A stretch of 64,000 bases of DNA from an uncultured Clostridia bacterium (GTDB lineage: Bacteria; Bacillota; Clostridia; TANB77; CAG-465): assembly GCA_934132895.1 (NCBI GenBank), contig CAKPAG010000007.1:23-64022 (forward strand), in the 5' to 3' direction. Under the pieces are notes generated by a model, which saw only the letters and a program-made list of their open reading frames with translations, had not been told where the DNA came from and made no database searches. This document shows, one piece after another, positions 1-12,439 of this stretch. Numbering within the stretch: the first letter of the stretch is position 1; the number at the start of each line of letters is the position of its first letter. Both the position numbers and the translations under genes were made by a program.

Positions 1-91
1 ATAGAAAGGTTTTTTTTACTACTCTTAGTTTACACAAATTTTTCTACATGCTCTTTATTTTTAAATATCGTTACTCTTTTATATATTGTTT

Positions 92-1187
92 TTAAATTAA
101 TATTCGTTCAATTCTTTCATTTAATCTAGAGATTATTTCATAATTTATTGTATTATTTATTTTGGCTATTTCATCTATATCCTCTTCAGATTTAAATATA
201 GTTACCTCATCTCCAATATTTAAGTCCTGTTCAATATTAGTTATATCTATCATACACATATCCATGCATATATTCCCAACAATTTTACATTTGTTGTTAC
301 CAACATATACATGATATTTATTAGAGCAAGTTCGTGAAAGTCCATCTGCATATCCGATTGCAATGGTTGCAATTTTTTTGCCAGGAGTAGCAGTATATGT
401 TCCTCCGTAACTTATTTTAGAATCTTTTTCTATATTGTGAATTCTAAGAATTGGAGCTTTTAATGTTAAACATGACTTTATTTCTGGCACTTTAATAGAT
501 GTATCTGGCATATATCCATACATTAGTATACCAGTTCTAACATGCGTATACTGAAATTTTGAATATTTCAAAATTCCCGCACTGTTTAAAACATGTATAG
601 CATTAAATTTAAAGCCTAAACTTATTAGTTCCTTAACTATTTTATCAAATCTATTTAATTGAAACACAGTATACTCTTTATTTGTGTCAGCTGAAGAAAG
701 ATGAGTGTAAATTCCATCGATAAGTATATTATTTAAGTCTTCATTTATATGTTTTATAGCAGGATAAATATTTGTTTCATCAAAGCCCAATCTTCCCATT
801 CCACTATCTATTTTTATATGCACTTTTACAGTAGTATTATGTTCTTTAGCATAATCATTTAGTTCTTCTAGCATTTTAACATTTGAAGCAGATAAAGTAA
901 GATTGTTTTCGATTATATCTTTAAAGTCACATCTTAAAAATTGTGAAGTAACTAAAATGTCAGATTTAATTCCAGATTTTCTTAAGTTAACACCTTCAGA
1001 TACTAAGGCCACTCCAAAATTTGATATTCCATTTTTCTCCAAGAAATTTGCTATTATGTTCATGCCGTGCACCATAGGCATTTGCTTTTACCATTGCTAT
1101 TATTTTAGTTTCTTTAGATAGTTTTGATTTTATATATTTTATATTATTTAGTAAATTTTCTTTATTAATGTATAATTTTGTAGACAA
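92..1187 (-). pseudogene. alr: alanine racemase, split into two overlapping ORFs (92..1081 and 996..1187) by an apparent 1-nt insertion
   Basis: N-terminal ORF ends ...IIAMVKANAYG, which is the PLP-lysine motif VKANAYGHG. The next ORF, in another frame, begins HGMNIIANFLEKNG... and is a full-length Alr homologue. The sequence ggtGcacggc (minus-strand reading) has one extra G relative to the expected ggt cac ggc. Confidence 0.6.
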
Positions 1188-1317
1188 ATTAATTCACCTC
1201 TTAAACAATATATATGTTACCACAAATATATTATTATTTCAAGGTAAAAATGACACAAGATAAGTTGAAATAATAACAAAAATGTGGTAATATATGAAAA
1301 AATGGAGGGAAAGAAAA

Positions 1318-1893
1318 ATGAAAGTTTTGTTTGCTACTCATAATGAAGCTAAAAAGAAAATGTATAATGAAAAATTAAAAAAATGTAATTTAGAAATAAT
1401 TGGTTTAGATGATTTAAATATTGAGGTGGATGTAGAAGAAACAGGAAATAATTCGAAAGAAAATGCTATTATGAAGGCAAGAGAGTATTACAAAATAGCT
1501 AAAATTCCTACTATAGCAATAGATGATGGCTTAGAACTTGATAACGTACCAGAAAATCTTCAACCAGGTACTCATGTAAGAAGAATAGAAGGAGAAAAAA
1601 GAGCTACTGATGAAGAAGTAATAGAACACTATATTTCTATGGTAAAAAAGTATGGTGAAAACGGTATTCTAAGAGGAAGATTTAATAAATGTATGGCTAT
1701 AGCATTAAACGAAGAAGATATAAGATGCATGGTGTTTCCAACAGAAAGGATATTTCATAGTAATGTTATAAAAGATTATGATAAAGGATATCCTTTAGGT
1801 GCAATTAGCGAAAAGGCAAGTGAATGTATTTCTTTAGAAAAAGAAAATGACGAAAATTTACTTAACCTTATAATGGAGAGTTTATCCCTTTAA
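1318..1893 (+). CDS. Ham1/RdgB-like non-canonical purine NTP pyrophosphatase (ITPase family)
   Basis: MKVLFATHNEAKKK...VEETG..ENA.MKA...IAIDDGLE pattern typical of the Ham1 family. RBS ggaggg lies 7 nt upstream of the ATG at 1318, so the track start at 1294 is probably too long. Confidence 0.65.
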   Translation: MKVLFATHNEAKKKMYNEKLKKCNLEIIGLDDLNIEVDVEETGNNSKENAIMKAREYYKIAKIPTIAIDDGLELDNVPENLQPGTHVRRIEGEKRATDEEVIEHYISMVKKYGENGILRGRFNKCMAIALNEEDIRCMVFPTERIFHSNVIKDYDKGYPLGAISEKASECISLEKENDENLLNLIMESLSL

Positions 1894-1944
1894 ATTTAAT
1901 ATTAATAATTTGGTATAAAAATTTAAAAAAATAAACTTTGTGTA

Positions 1945-1973
1945 TTGACGAAACAAAAAACATATGGTATAAT
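1945..1973 (+). promoter_or_regulatory. sigma-A promoter for rpoB: TTGACG, 17 nt, TGgTATAAT (extended -10)
   Basis: Consensus hexamers with 17-nt spacing about 190 nt upstream of rpoB. Confidence 0.5.
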
Positions 1974-2161
1974 ATTTAAAACATTGTTTCTTAAGAGGTA
2001 TTACTATGTAAACTATGATATTAAAGGATGGTTGAAATAGTTGAAAAAATTCGAGTTTATTTTTAGTTAAAAGTTAATAGAAATATAAAAGCAAATTAGT
2101 TTATGTAAACTAGTTTGGCTTTTTGTTGTCTTTTTAAGTTTGTTTATTTGGGGGTATAAAA

Positions 2162-5100
2162 ATGATTCATGAAATTAAAAATGGAAAAGCAAAAAGAATG
2201 AGTTTCTCACATATCAAAGAAGTAATTGATATGCCTGATTTGATTGATATTCAAAAACAATCATATGAATGGTTCTTAAAATCAGGATTAAAGGATGTAT
2301 TAGCAGATGCATCTCCAATAACTGACTTTTCAGGTAATCTATTTTTAGAATTTGTAGATTACCATTTAGAAGAAGAAACAAAATATACAATTGAAGAAGC
2401 TAAAGAAAGAAACACAAGTTATTCTTCTAGATTACAAGTTCAAGTTCGTCTTATCAATCGTGAAACAGGTGAAATAAAAGAACAAGAAATTTTCTTAGGT
2501 GATTTACCTGTAATGACTGATAATGGTACATTCTTAATAAATGGAGCTGAAAGAGTTATAATTTCACAACTTGTTCGTTCTCCAGGGGTTTACTATGCTT
2601 CTGAAAGGGACAAAACTGGTAAATTATTATATAATGCTACAGTTATGCCAATTCGTGGAACTTGGCTTGAGTATGAATCAGATGCTCAAGATATGTTATA
2701 TGCAAGAGTTGATAGAACTAGAAAAGTTCCTCTAACAACTTTAATCAGAGCTTTAGGCGTTGAAACTGATGATCAAATAATGAGTTTATTTGAAGATGAT
2801 TTAATTAACAGTGTTATGTATAAAGATACTGCTAAAACTCAAGATGACGCATTACTTGAAATTTACAAAAAAATTAGACCTGGTGAACCATTGCATGTAG
2901 ATGCTGCAAAAAGTTTACTTTTTGGACTTTTATTTGAACCAAGAAGATATGACTTAGCTAGAGTAGGTAGATACAAATACAATAAAAAATTAAGTATTGC
3001 TGAAAGAACAATAGGACATATTGCTGCTGAAGATGTTGTAAATACTGAAACAGGTGAAGTTTTAGTAAATGCTGGTGAAAAAATCACTAAAGAAAAAGCA
3101 TATGAAATTAAAAATAGTGGTATAAATGTTGTATATATTGACATCGATGGTAAAAAAGTAAAAATTATTGGTAATAATACAGTAGATATTTCTAAATATT
3201 TAGGAATTGATATCGACAAAGATGTTATAAAAGAAGAAGTATATTTCCCTGCATTAAAAGAATTATTAGATTCTTTAGGTGATGATGTAGAAGAAAAAGA
3301 ATTAAGAAAGAAAATAAAATTAAATAGAGAAAAATTAGTTAAAAAATGCGCTACATTAGATGATATAATGGCTTCAATTAACTATTTTGTAAACTTTAGA
3401 TTTGGTTTAGGTGAAACTGACGATATTGACCATTTAGGAAATAGACGTGTTAGATGTGTTGGTGAATTGTTACAAAACCAATTTAGAATAGGTCTTGCAC
3501 GTTTAGAAAGAGTAGTTCGTGAAAGAATGGCTACACAAGATTTAGATGTTGCAACTCCACAAACTTTAATTAATATAAAACCAGTAGTTGGTGCGTTAAG
3601 AGAATTCTTTGGTAGTTCACAACTTTCTCAATTTATGGATCAAATTAATCCACTTGCTGAACTTACACATAAAAGAAGAATATCAGCATTAGGACCTGGT
3701 GGTTTAACACGTGAAAGAGCAGGATTTGAAGTTCGTGATGTTCATCATACACATTACGGAAGACTTTGTCCAATAGAATCTCCTGAAGGACCAAACATTG
3801 GACTTATATCTTCACTTTCAACATTTGCTAAAATAAATAGATATGGATTTATCGAAACACCATATAGAGTTATTAATAAAGAAACAGGTGTTGTAACTGA
3901 TGAAGTTGTTTATATAACAGCAGATGAAGAAGATAAATATATTGTTGCTCAAGCAAATGAACCTCTAGATAAAGATAATAAATTTGTAAATAAAAGAGTA
4001 AAAATTAGACATCAAGATGAGATCGTTGAAATAGAAAGAGAAAAAGTTGACTTGATGGATGTATCTCCAAGACAACTTGTATCTGTTGCAACAGCAATGA
4101 TACCATTCCTTGAAAATGATGATGCTAAACGTGCTCTTATGGGATCAAACATGCAACGTCAAGCAGTACCTCTATTAAAAACAGATAGTCCAATTGTTGG
4201 AACTGGTATAGAATACAAAGCAGCAGTTGATTCCGGTATAGTTATATTAGCTAAGAATGATGGTGTAGTATCATACGTTAGTGCAAACAAAATTATAATT
4301 GATACTAAAAAAGGAAAAGATGAATATCATCTAATCAAATATCAAAGATCTAACCAAGGAACTTGTATTAACCAAAAACCAATAGTTTTAAAAGGTGAAA
4401 AGGTTAAAAAAGGTGATGTAATAGCTGATGGACCATCAACAGATAAAGGAGAACTTGCACTTGGTAAAAATATTCTTGTAGGTTTCATGACTTGGGAAGG
4501 CTATAACTACGAAGATGCGATCCTTATTTCAGAAGATTTAGTAAGAGATGATGTACTTACTACAATTCATATAGAAGATTATGATTGTGAATCAAGAGAT
4601 ACAAAACTTGGACCTGAAGAAATAACAAGAGAAGTACCAAATGTTGGTGATGATGCACTTAAAGACTTAGATGAAAATGGTATAATTCGTATAGGCGCTG
4701 AAGTAAGACCAGGAGATATCTTAGTTGGTAAAGTTACTCCAAAAGGAGAAACTGAACTTACAGCAGAAGAAAAATTATTAAGAGCTATCTTTGGTGAAAA
4801 ATCTAGAGAAGTAAGAGATACTTCTTTAAGAGTTCCACATGGTGAAGCTGGTACTGTTGTAGATGTTAAAATTTACACAAGAGAAACTTCAGATGAACTT
4901 GCAGCTGGTGTAAACAAAGTTGTAAGAATATACATAGCTCAAAAAAGAAAAATCTCTGTTGGTGATAAGATTTCTGGACGTCATGGTAATAAAGGTGTTA
5001 TTTCTCGTATATTACCAAGAGAAGATATGCCATACCTACCAGATGGTACACCACTTCAAATCGTACTTAACCCACTAGGTATACCTTCACGTATGAACGT

Positions 5101-5842
5101 TGGTCAAGTATTAGAAGTACATCTTGGATATATTGCAAAACAACTTGGATGGAAGATATCAACTCCAGTATTTGATGGAGCAAAAGAGTCAGATATTAAA
5201 GCTTTATTTGAAAGCAAAGGATTAAATCCTACTGGTAAATTCCCAATTCACGATGGTAGAACAGGTGAATTACTTGATGCAGAAGTTACAGTTGGATATA
5301 TGTATATGCTTAAACTATATCATATGGTTGAAGATAAAATACATGCTCGTTCTATTGGACCTTACTCTTTGGTTACTCAACAACCTCTTGGTGGTAAAGC
5401 ACAATTTGGTGGACAAAGATTTGGTGAAATGGAAGTTTGGGCTCTTGAAGCATATGGTGCATCTTATACATTACAAGAAATGCTTACTGTAAAATCTGAT
5501 GATACAGTTGGAAGACTTAAAACATATGAAGCTATTGTTAAAGGTGAAAGTATACCAACACCAGGAATACCTGAATCATTTAGAGTACTTACAAAAGAAT
5601 TACAAAGTTTGGGATTGGATCTTAAAATGTATCGCGAAGATGAAAAACTAGAATTAAGAGAATCTATTGAAGATGATACAGATGGAGTAGAACCTAATTT
5701 AGATGACGATGTAGACATGACTGTAACAGAAAATGATTTTGTTGGAATGTCACTTGAAGATGAAAATGGTGATAGCATAGAAGATGACCAAGATGATTTA
5801 TTAGATAACGAATTTGATGAAACAATTGATAGTGAAGAATAA
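2162..5842 (+). CDS. rpoB: DNA-directed RNA polymerase subunit beta
   Basis: 1226-aa uninterrupted ORF with conserved RpoB blocks ([24 protein letters not shown]). Confidence 0.98.
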   Translation: MIHEIKNGKAKRMSFSHIKEVIDMPDLIDIQKQSYEWFLKSGLKDVLADASPITDFSGNLFLEFVDYHLEEETKYTIEEAKERNTSYSSRLQVQVRLINRETGEIKEQEIFLGDLPVMTDNGTFLINGAERVIISQLVRSPGVYYASERDKTGKLLYNATVMPIRGTWLEYESDAQDMLYARVDRTRKVPLTTLIRALGVETDDQIMSLFEDDLINSVMYKDTAKTQDDALLEIYKKIRPGEPLHVDAAKSLLFGLLFEPRRYDLARVGRYKYNKKLSIAERTIGHIAAEDVVNTETGEVLVNAGEKITKEKAYEIKNSGINVVYIDIDGKKVKIIGNNTVDISKYLGIDIDKDVIKEEVYFPALKELLDSLGDDVEEKELRKKIKLNREKLVKKCATLDDIMASINYFVNFRFGLGETDDIDHLGNRRVRCVGELLQNQFRIGLARLERVVRERMATQDLDVATPQTLINIKPVVGALREFFGSSQLSQFMDQINPLAELTHKRRISALGPGGLTRERAGFEVRDVHHTHYGRLCPIESPEGPNIGLISSLSTFAKINRYGFIETPYRVINKETGVVTDEVVYITADEEDKYIVAQANEPLDKDNKFVNKRVKIRHQDEIVEIEREKVDLMDVSPRQLVSVATAMIPFLENDDAKRALMGSNMQRQAVPLLKTDSPIVGTGIEYKAAVDSGIVILAKNDGVVSYVSANKIIIDTKKGKDEYHLIKYQRSNQGTCINQKPIVLKGEKVKKGDVIADGPSTDKGELALGKNILVGFMTWEGYNYEDAILISEDLVRDDVLTTIHIEDYDCESRDTKLGPEEITREVPNVGDDALKDLDENGIIRIGAEVRPGDILVGKVTPKGETELTAEEKLLRAIFGEKSREVRDTSLRVPHGEAGTVVDVKIYTRETSDELAAGVNKVVRIYIAQKRKISVGDKISGRHGNKGVISRILPREDMPYLPDGTPLQIVLNPLGIPSRMNVGQVLEVHLGYIAKQLGWKISTPVFDGAKESDIKALFESKGLNPTGKFPIHDGRTGELLDAEVTVGYMYMLKLYHMVEDKIHARSIGPYSLVTQQPLGGKAQFGGQRFGEMEVWALEAYGASYTLQEMLTVKSDDTVGRLKTYEAIVKGESIPTPGIPESFRVLTKELQSLGLDLKMYREDEKLELRESIEDDTDGVEPNLDDDVDMTVTENDFVGMSLEDENGDSIEDDQDDLLDNEFDETIDSEE

Positions 5843-5863
5843 GTATAAGGGGGAAATAATAAA

Positions 5864-8800
5864 ATGCAAGATTTAGAAAAGTTTGATAGATTAAGTATTG
5901 GACTTGCATCTCCAGAAAAGATTAGAGAATGGTCAAAAGGAGAAGTAAAAAAACCTGAAACTATTAACTATAGAACATTAAAACCAGAAAGAGATGGACT
6001 TTTCTGCGAAAAGATTTTTGGACCTACCAAAGATTGGGAATGTTATTGTGGAAAGTACAAAAAAGTTAGATATAAAGGAATAATATGTGATAGATGTGGA
6101 GTTGAAGTTACAAAGAAAAAAGTAAGACGTGAAAGATTAGGACATATTGAACTTGCATGCCCTGTATCTCATATATGGTTCTTTAAAGGAATTCCTGGAA
6201 GAATGGGACTTATACTTGATATTTCACCAAAAGCATTAGAAAAAGTGTTATACTTTGCATCATACATTGTTTTAGATGCTAAAGATACTGCACTTAAAGA
6301 ATGTGATATTTTAAATGAAAAAGAGTATAGAGAAGCAATTGAAAAATATGGACCAGGAAGTATAAGAGTTGGAATGGGAGCTGAAGCAGTAAGAGAATTA
6401 CTTGCTAAAGTAGACCTTATAAAACTACAAAAAAGTTTAATGAAAGATTTACAAAAAGCAACAGGCGCAAAAAGAGCTAAACTTTTAAAGAGACTTGAAA
6501 CTGTTGATGCGTTTATCGAATCAGGAAACAGACCTGAATGGATGATTCTAGAGGTATTACCTGTAATACCTCCAGAGTTAAGACCAATGGTTCAACTTGA
6601 TGGAGGAAGATTTGCAACTTCTGACTTAAATGATTTATATAGAAGAGTTATTAATAGAAATAACAGATTAAAAAGATTACTTGAATTAGAAGCACCAGAT
6701 ATCATTGTAAGAAATGAAAAGAGAATGCTACAAGAAGCAGTAGATGCTTTAATAGATAATGGTAGACGTGGTAGACCTATTACTGGTGCAGGTGGTAGAG
6801 CTTTAAAATCTCTATCAGATATGTTAAAAGGAAAACAAGGTAGATTTAGACAAAACTTACTAGGTAAAAGGGTTGACTATTCAGGTCGTTCTGTTATCGT
6901 AGTAGGACCAGATTTAAAAATATATCAATGTGGTCTTCCAAGAGAAATGGCACTTGAATTATTCAAACCATTTGTTATGAAAGAACTTGTAAAAAGAGGA
7001 CTAGCGTTTAATATAAAAAATGCTAAAAGAATGGTAGAAAGAACAGCAGTTGAAGTATGGGATGTACTAGAAGAAGTTATAAAAGATAGACCAGTAATGC
7101 TAAACCGTGCACCAACACTTCATAGACTTGGAATTCAAGCATTTGAGCCTGTACTTGTTGAAGGTAGAGCAATTAAACTTCATCCACTTGTTTGTACAGC
7201 GTTTAATGCTGACTTCGATGGTGACCAAATGGCAGTTCATGTACCACTTTCACCAGAAGCAGTTGCTGAAGCAAAAATATTAATGCTTGCTTCAAACAAC
7301 TTATTAAAATTACAAGATGGTAAACCAGTAACTGTTCCATCACAAGATATGATACTTGGTTCATATTACTTAACAGCAGAGTTTGACGATGAAGCAGGAA
7401 GTGATAAAGTAAGAGTATTCTCTGATGTAGATGAAGCAATGATGGCTTATGATGAAAAAGTAATTGGAATGCATACTCCTATAAAAGTAAGAGTTACAAA
7501 GGAAATAGATGGTGAGAAGATAACTGGAATAATCGATGCAACACCAGGTAGACTTATATTTAACAGTTATATACCTCAAGATATAGGTTTCGTTGATAGA
7601 ACTAAAAAGGAAAACTTACTTAAACTTGAAATAGATTTCCCAGTCAAGAAAAAAGAACTTGGAATTATAATTGATAGATGTATATCTAAACATGGAATTA
7701 CTAAAACATCTGTAGTTCTTGATGATATAAAATCTAATGGATATAAATATTCTACTCAAGCAGCAGTAACAGTATCAGTATCTGATATTGAAATACCAGA
7801 AAATAAACCAGTAATTCTTGAAGAAGCAAACCAAGAAGCTGAAAAAGTAATCAAGAATTATAAACGTGGACTTATATCTAATGATGAAAGATATAATGAA
7901 ATAATTAAAATATGGTCTGATGCTACAGATAAAATTCAAGCAGAGATCATGAATAACCCAAATAAAAGAAACCCAATTCAAATGATGGCATATACAGGTG
8001 CCAGAGGTAACCCAACTCAGATAAGACAGCTTGCTGGTATGAGAGGACTTATGGCAAATACAATGGGGCAAACAATAGAGCTTCCTATCAAGTCTAACTT
8101 TAAAGAAGGACTAGACGTTCTTGAATTCTTTATTGCATCGCACGGTGCAAGAAAAGGACTTGCTGATACAGCTTTAAGAACAGCCGATTCTGGATATTTA
8201 ACTCGTAGACTTGTTGATGTTAACCAAGATGTTATTGTTATGGAAGACGATTGTGGTACAGAACATGGTTTTGAAGTTTCTGCTATTATGGAAAGTGGAG
8301 AACCAGTTGAAAAACTATATGAAAGAATTGAAGGAAGATATTTAGCTGAAGATATTCTTGATGATAAAGAAAATGTAGTATTTACAAGAAATACATACAT
8401 AACTGCAGATATAGCAGATAAAATTGTATCAATGGGAATAGAAAAAGTTAAAATAAGATCTGCACTTACTTGCGAATCTGTTAGAGGCGTATGTGCAAAA
8501 TGTTATGGTAAAAACTTGGCAACAGGAGAACCAATAACAAAAGGAGAAGCAATAGGTATTATTGCAGCTCAATCAATAGGTGAACCAGGTACACAGCTTA
8601 CAATGAGAACTATCCACAGTGGTGGTGTAGCAGGTTCTGATATAACTCAAGGTCTACCTAGGGTTGAAGAATTATTTGAAGCAAGAAAACCAAAGGGCGT
8701 TGCTTTAGTAAGTGAAATAGATGGTGTCGTTTCAATTGGTGAACATGGTAATAACAAAGAAGTTACTGTAACTAAAAACGAAAAAGAAGTAGAAAAATAT

Positions 8801-9442
8801 GTTATAGATTATGGTATGAGACTTGTTGTAAATGAAGGTGACAGAATTGAAGCTGGAGATAGAATAACAGAAGGATCTCTTGATCCACATGATATTGTTC
8901 GTATTAAAGGCTCTGTTGCTGTAGAAAATTACTTAATTGAAGAAGTTCAAAAAGTATATAGAACACAAGGTGTTCATATCAATGATAAACATATAGAAAT
9001 AGTTGCTCGTCAAATGTTAAGAAAAATATTAATTGAGGATGCAGGAGACACTAATTTAATATTAGGAACAACTGTTGATATGACAGACTTTAATGAGGAA
9101 AACAAAAAATGTATAGAAGCAGGTAAAAAACCGGCTAAAGGTAAAAAGACACTTTTAGGAATAACTAAAGTTGCACTTCTTACTGACTCATTCTTGTCAG
9201 CAGCTTCATTCCAAGAAACAGCAAGAGTTCTTACAGATGCAGCTGTTAAAGGTAAAGTTGATAAGTTACAAGGACTAAAAGAGAATGTTATAATTGGTAG
9301 ACTAATACCTGCAGGAACTGGAATAGTTGATTATGCTGGTATGGAAGTTGATACTAAAGAATCATTAAGTAAATATCAAATGGAAGATATAGAACATCTT
9401 TCTGCAGAAAATGCAATATTAAAAGATGATGATATAATATAA
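5864..9442 (+). CDS. rpoC: DNA-directed RNA polymerase subunit beta'
   Basis: 1192-aa ORF with the [16 protein letters not shown] catalytic motif and an N-terminal zinc-binding Cys cluster. Confidence 0.98.
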   Translation: MQDLEKFDRLSIGLASPEKIREWSKGEVKKPETINYRTLKPERDGLFCEKIFGPTKDWECYCGKYKKVRYKGIICDRCGVEVTKKKVRRERLGHIELACPVSHIWFFKGIPGRMGLILDISPKALEKVLYFASYIVLDAKDTALKECDILNEKEYREAIEKYGPGSIRVGMGAEAVRELLAKVDLIKLQKSLMKDLQKATGAKRAKLLKRLETVDAFIESGNRPEWMILEVLPVIPPELRPMVQLDGGRFATSDLNDLYRRVINRNNRLKRLLELEAPDIIVRNEKRMLQEAVDALIDNGRRGRPITGAGGRALKSLSDMLKGKQGRFRQNLLGKRVDYSGRSVIVVGPDLKIYQCGLPREMALELFKPFVMKELVKRGLAFNIKNAKRMVERTAVEVWDVLEEVIKDRPVMLNRAPTLHRLGIQAFEPVLVEGRAIKLHPLVCTAFNADFDGDQMAVHVPLSPEAVAEAKILMLASNNLLKLQDGKPVTVPSQDMILGSYYLTAEFDDEAGSDKVRVFSDVDEAMMAYDEKVIGMHTPIKVRVTKEIDGEKITGIIDATPGRLIFNSYIPQDIGFVDRTKKENLLKLEIDFPVKKKELGIIIDRCISKHGITKTSVVLDDIKSNGYKYSTQAAVTVSVSDIEIPENKPVILEEANQEAEKVIKNYKRGLISNDERYNEIIKIWSDATDKIQAEIMNNPNKRNPIQMMAYTGARGNPTQIRQLAGMRGLMANTMGQTIELPIKSNFKEGLDVLEFFIASHGARKGLADTALRTADSGYLTRRLVDVNQDVIVMEDDCGTEHGFEVSAIMESGEPVEKLYERIEGRYLAEDILDDKENVVFTRNTYITADIADKIVSMGIEKVKIRSALTCESVRGVCAKCYGKNLATGEPITKGEAIGIIAAQSIGEPGTQLTMRTIHSGGVAGSDITQGLPRVEELFEARKPKGVALVSEIDGVVSIGEHGNNKEVTVTKNEKEVEKYVIDYGMRLVVNEGDRIEAGDRITEGSLDPHDIVRIKGSVAVENYLIEEVQKVYRTQGVHINDKHIEIVARQMLRKILIEDAGDTNLILGTTVDMTDFNEENKKCIEAGKKPAKGKKTLLGITKVALLTDSFLSAASFQETARVLTDAAVKGKVDKLQGLKENVIIGRLIPAGTGIVDYAGMEVDTKESLSKYQMEDIEHLSAENAILKDDDII

Positions 9443-9453
9443 TCTAATGAAAA

Positions 9454-9490
9454 AGGAGAAGATTTGTTAAAAATTCTCCTTTTTTGTTGT
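9454..9490 (+). terminator. rho-independent terminator after rpoC
   Basis: GGAGAA...TTCTCC hairpin followed by a T-run. Confidence 0.6.
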
Positions 9491-9544
9491 CTTTTTTTCT
9501 TAAATATAATAAAATAGAATATATATTATAGTCAAGGAGAGAGT

Positions 9545-10726
9545 ATGAAAAAGGGAATAACATTTTTAATAATTTTTTTAGTCGTTTTGGTAACATTTTT
9601 GATTTTATTAAATGTACCAAGCGTTAAAACGCAATTTGCTAAATTTTATGATAGTTTATTTGTTGAAGAGATTGAAGAATATAACGAAAATTTCGTTATA
9701 AACGAATTAGGGATTTCAAATAATACTTACTTTTATTCAAAATTAAGTGATGAAAACAAAAAAATATATACATCAATAGCAAATGGCATAAAAAACTTAA
9801 AAACTAGTTTTGTATTACAAGATTATACTATAATAGATAATGATACAACTATGAAAGATGTTGAAAAGAGTATGGAGGCGTTTTTCTTAGATCACCCAGA
9901 AGTCTTTTATGTAGAAAACGAATACACAGTTTCAACAAAACATACATTATTTAACGATTACACAGAACTTGCTTTAAAGTATACTGTATCTGGTCATAAT
10001 GATTTAGAAAATAAAATAGCAGAAATAAAAAATGAGATGAATACATATTTAGATGGAGTAAAAGATAAAAGTGGTGTAGATGCTGAAATTGAACTTCATG
10101 ATACTTTAGGAAAAGATTTAACATATTATGAATATAGCGATTTAAATAGTGTACCACAAGAATGCCACACTATTTATGGAGCGCTAGTAAAAAAAGAAGC
10201 AGTTTGTGACGGCTTTGCTAAAGCTTTACAAGTTTTGTTAGATAGAAAAAATATACAAAACATAATAGTACTTGGAAGTCTTGAAAAGGAATCTCACGCT
10301 TGGAATTTGGTGAATTTAGATGATGGTTGGTACCATGTAGATTTAACTTCAAATAAATCTATAAAAGAAATAGATAAGTCAATAGTATTACACACTTATT
10401 TAAATGTAACAACTTCACAAATTGAAAAAACACATGTTATAGATAATAAAGAAGATATACCAGAAGCTAAAGAAACTAAGTATAATTATTTTGCTTATAC
10501 CGGTAAAAATATTACTGTAGCAGATAATTTTAATATTAAACTAAAACAGATACTTGATAAAAACACAGATAGTTTGATTGCTGAATTTGGAACACCAAAT
10601 ATATCAAGTGTACCAGAAAAAGTAGTTGATTTCTTAAGTAGAAATAGATATAACGAATATATATCAAATAACAAAATAGTATATTATTCTTTAATGGATT
10701 CATTTGTACTTGTAAAGAATAAATAG
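9545..10726 (+). CDS. membrane-anchored transglutaminase-like (Cys-His-Asp) domain protein
   Basis: N-terminal TM helix; CDGFAKAL...HAWNLVNLDDGWYHVD matches the transglutaminase-like cysteine peptidase core. Confidence 0.65.
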   Translation: MKKGITFLIIFLVVLVTFLILLNVPSVKTQFAKFYDSLFVEEIEEYNENFVINELGISNNTYFYSKLSDENKKIYTSIANGIKNLKTSFVLQDYTIIDNDTTMKDVEKSMEAFFLDHPEVFYVENEYTVSTKHTLFNDYTELALKYTVSGHNDLENKIAEIKNEMNTYLDGVKDKSGVDAEIELHDTLGKDLTYYEYSDLNSVPQECHTIYGALVKKEAVCDGFAKALQVLLDRKNIQNIIVLGSLEKESHAWNLVNLDDGWYHVDLTSNKSIKEIDKSIVLHTYLNVTTSQIEKTHVIDNKEDIPEAKETKYNYFAYTGKNITVADNFNIKLKQILDKNTDSLIAEFGTPNISSVPEKVVDFLSRNRYNEYISNNKIVYYSLMDSFVLVKNK

Positions 10727-10734
10727 TTATAAAA

Positions 10735-10776
10735 AAAGAGGAACCGAAGATAGAATGAACTATCTTCGGTTTTCGT
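10735..10776. terminator. bidirectional terminator between convergent genes
   Basis: accgaagatag...ctatcttcggt perfect hairpin flanked by A-run and T-run. Confidence 0.6.
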
Positions 10777-10793
10777 AAAAAGATATATGAAAA

Positions 10794-11108
10794 TTAATAT
10801 TTTGATATTAAATACTTTACGTATTTGGAAACAGCTTCTTTATCTTCTAAATTTAATTTTTGAACTTCTTTTGCAAGATCTTCGTCTTTAGTGATAATTA
10901 AGCTACCTAAAATATCATTAGGCATAACTTGTAATATATTGCATATTTGAATTAAATTAGAAAGTGTGCAAGCGTTTTCGCCTCTTTCTATTCTACCATA
11001 ATGATTAGGTGCAATATCCAATTCTTTAGCCATATATTCTTGCGTAAAATGTTTTGCCTCTCTATTTTCTTTTATTCTTTTTCCGGTATAAATTTTAAAA
11101 TCTTCCAT
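10794..11108 (-). CDS. XRE-family helix-turn-helix transcriptional regulator
   Basis: MEDFKIYTGKRIKENREAKHFTQEYMAKELDIAPNHYGRIERG is an HTH_3-type motif. Start chosen at MEDFKI, which is uncertain. Confidence 0.65.
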   Translation of the reverse strand: MEDFKIYTGKRIKENREAKHFTQEYMAKELDIAPNHYGRIERGENACTLSNLIQICNILQVMPNDILGSLIITKDEDLAKEVQKLNLEDKEAVSKYVKYLISKY

Positions 11109-11323
11109 TAATGACCACCACCTGAGATACAACTAAATTATATCATTTGGTCTATTCAAAAGTAACAGCTTCAAATATCTCAAATATAGCTTAATAAAAC
11201 ATAATATGTTGCATATATGATATAATTTAGATTATTATGTGTTGTGTAAATAAAAACTATACTATTTAGTAAAAACAATTAACGAAAAATGTAAATTATA
11301 TATACAAAAAATATAGAAAAATA

Positions 11324-11352
11324 TTGACTTTTAAGCTAAATTTATGTATAAT
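11324..11352 (+). promoter_or_regulatory. sigma-A promoter for the str operon: TTGACT, 17 nt, TGtTATAAT
   Basis: Consensus -35 and extended -10 about 50 nt upstream of rpsL. Confidence 0.55.
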
Positions 11353-11402
11353 ATAAGAGTACCTTTTTAGGTATGGTTAAAAAAGAAAGGGGTGAGCTTG
11401 AA

Positions 11403-11819
11403 GTGCCTACATTTAGCCAATTAGTTAGAAAAGGTAGAGAAGATAAAGTTACAAAATCTAAATCACCAGCTTTACAAAGAGGATATAACTCTAGAAAAAA
11501 GAAAGCTACTAATCAATCTTCTCCACAAAAAAGAGGAGTTTGTACAGTTGTTAAAACTCAAACACCTAAAAAACCAAACTCTGCTCTAAGAAAAGTTGCC
11601 AGAGTAAAATTATCTAACACAATGGAAGTAACAGCATATATTCCAGGAATTGGTCACAACCTACAAGAACATAGTGTTGTATTAATTCGTGGAGGAAGAG
11701 TAAAAGATCTTCCAGGTGTACGTTACCACATTGTAAGAGGCGTACTTGATACAGCTGGTGTTGCTGATCGTATGCAAGCAAAATCAAAATACGGTGCAAA
11801 AAGAGCAAAGAAAAAATAA
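11403..11819 (+). CDS. rpsL: 30S ribosomal protein S12
   Basis: [12 protein letters not shown]... is the canonical S12 N-terminus. GTG start at 11403 follows RBS aaaggggtga; the track ORF start at 11373 is an upstream in-frame ATG. Confidence 0.93.
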   Translation: MPTFSQLVRKGREDKVTKSKSPALQRGYNSRKKKATNQSSPQKRGVCTVVKTQTPKKPNSALRKVARVKLSNTMEVTAYIPGIGHNLQEHSVVLIRGGRVKDLPGVRYHIVRGVLDTAGVADRMQAKSKYGAKRAKKK

Positions 11820-11875
11820 TTTTTAGGTTAGGCGCTTGAAGTTTATTATAGATTTACAAGCCCTTACAAAAATGA

Positions 11876-12409
<534 letters not shown>

Positions 12410-12439
12410 TAAATATTTAGGAAGGAGGAAAAAAATAAA

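Noticed and set aside
903-1121. 72-aa plus-strand ORF across the alr frameshift site
   Set aside because: It is antisense to the alanine racemase reading frames and has no RBS.
2863-3219. Antisense or alternative-frame ORFs inside rpoB, rpoC, fusA, tuf, the flotillin gene, tetR and hsdM (e.g. 2863..3219, 7203..7439, 8017..8400, 13808..14152, 14902..15321, 18396..18672, 46004..46516, 57874..58647)
   Set aside because: They lie wholly inside strongly supported genes, have low-complexity composition and no RBS. They are spurious frames of AT-rich DNA.
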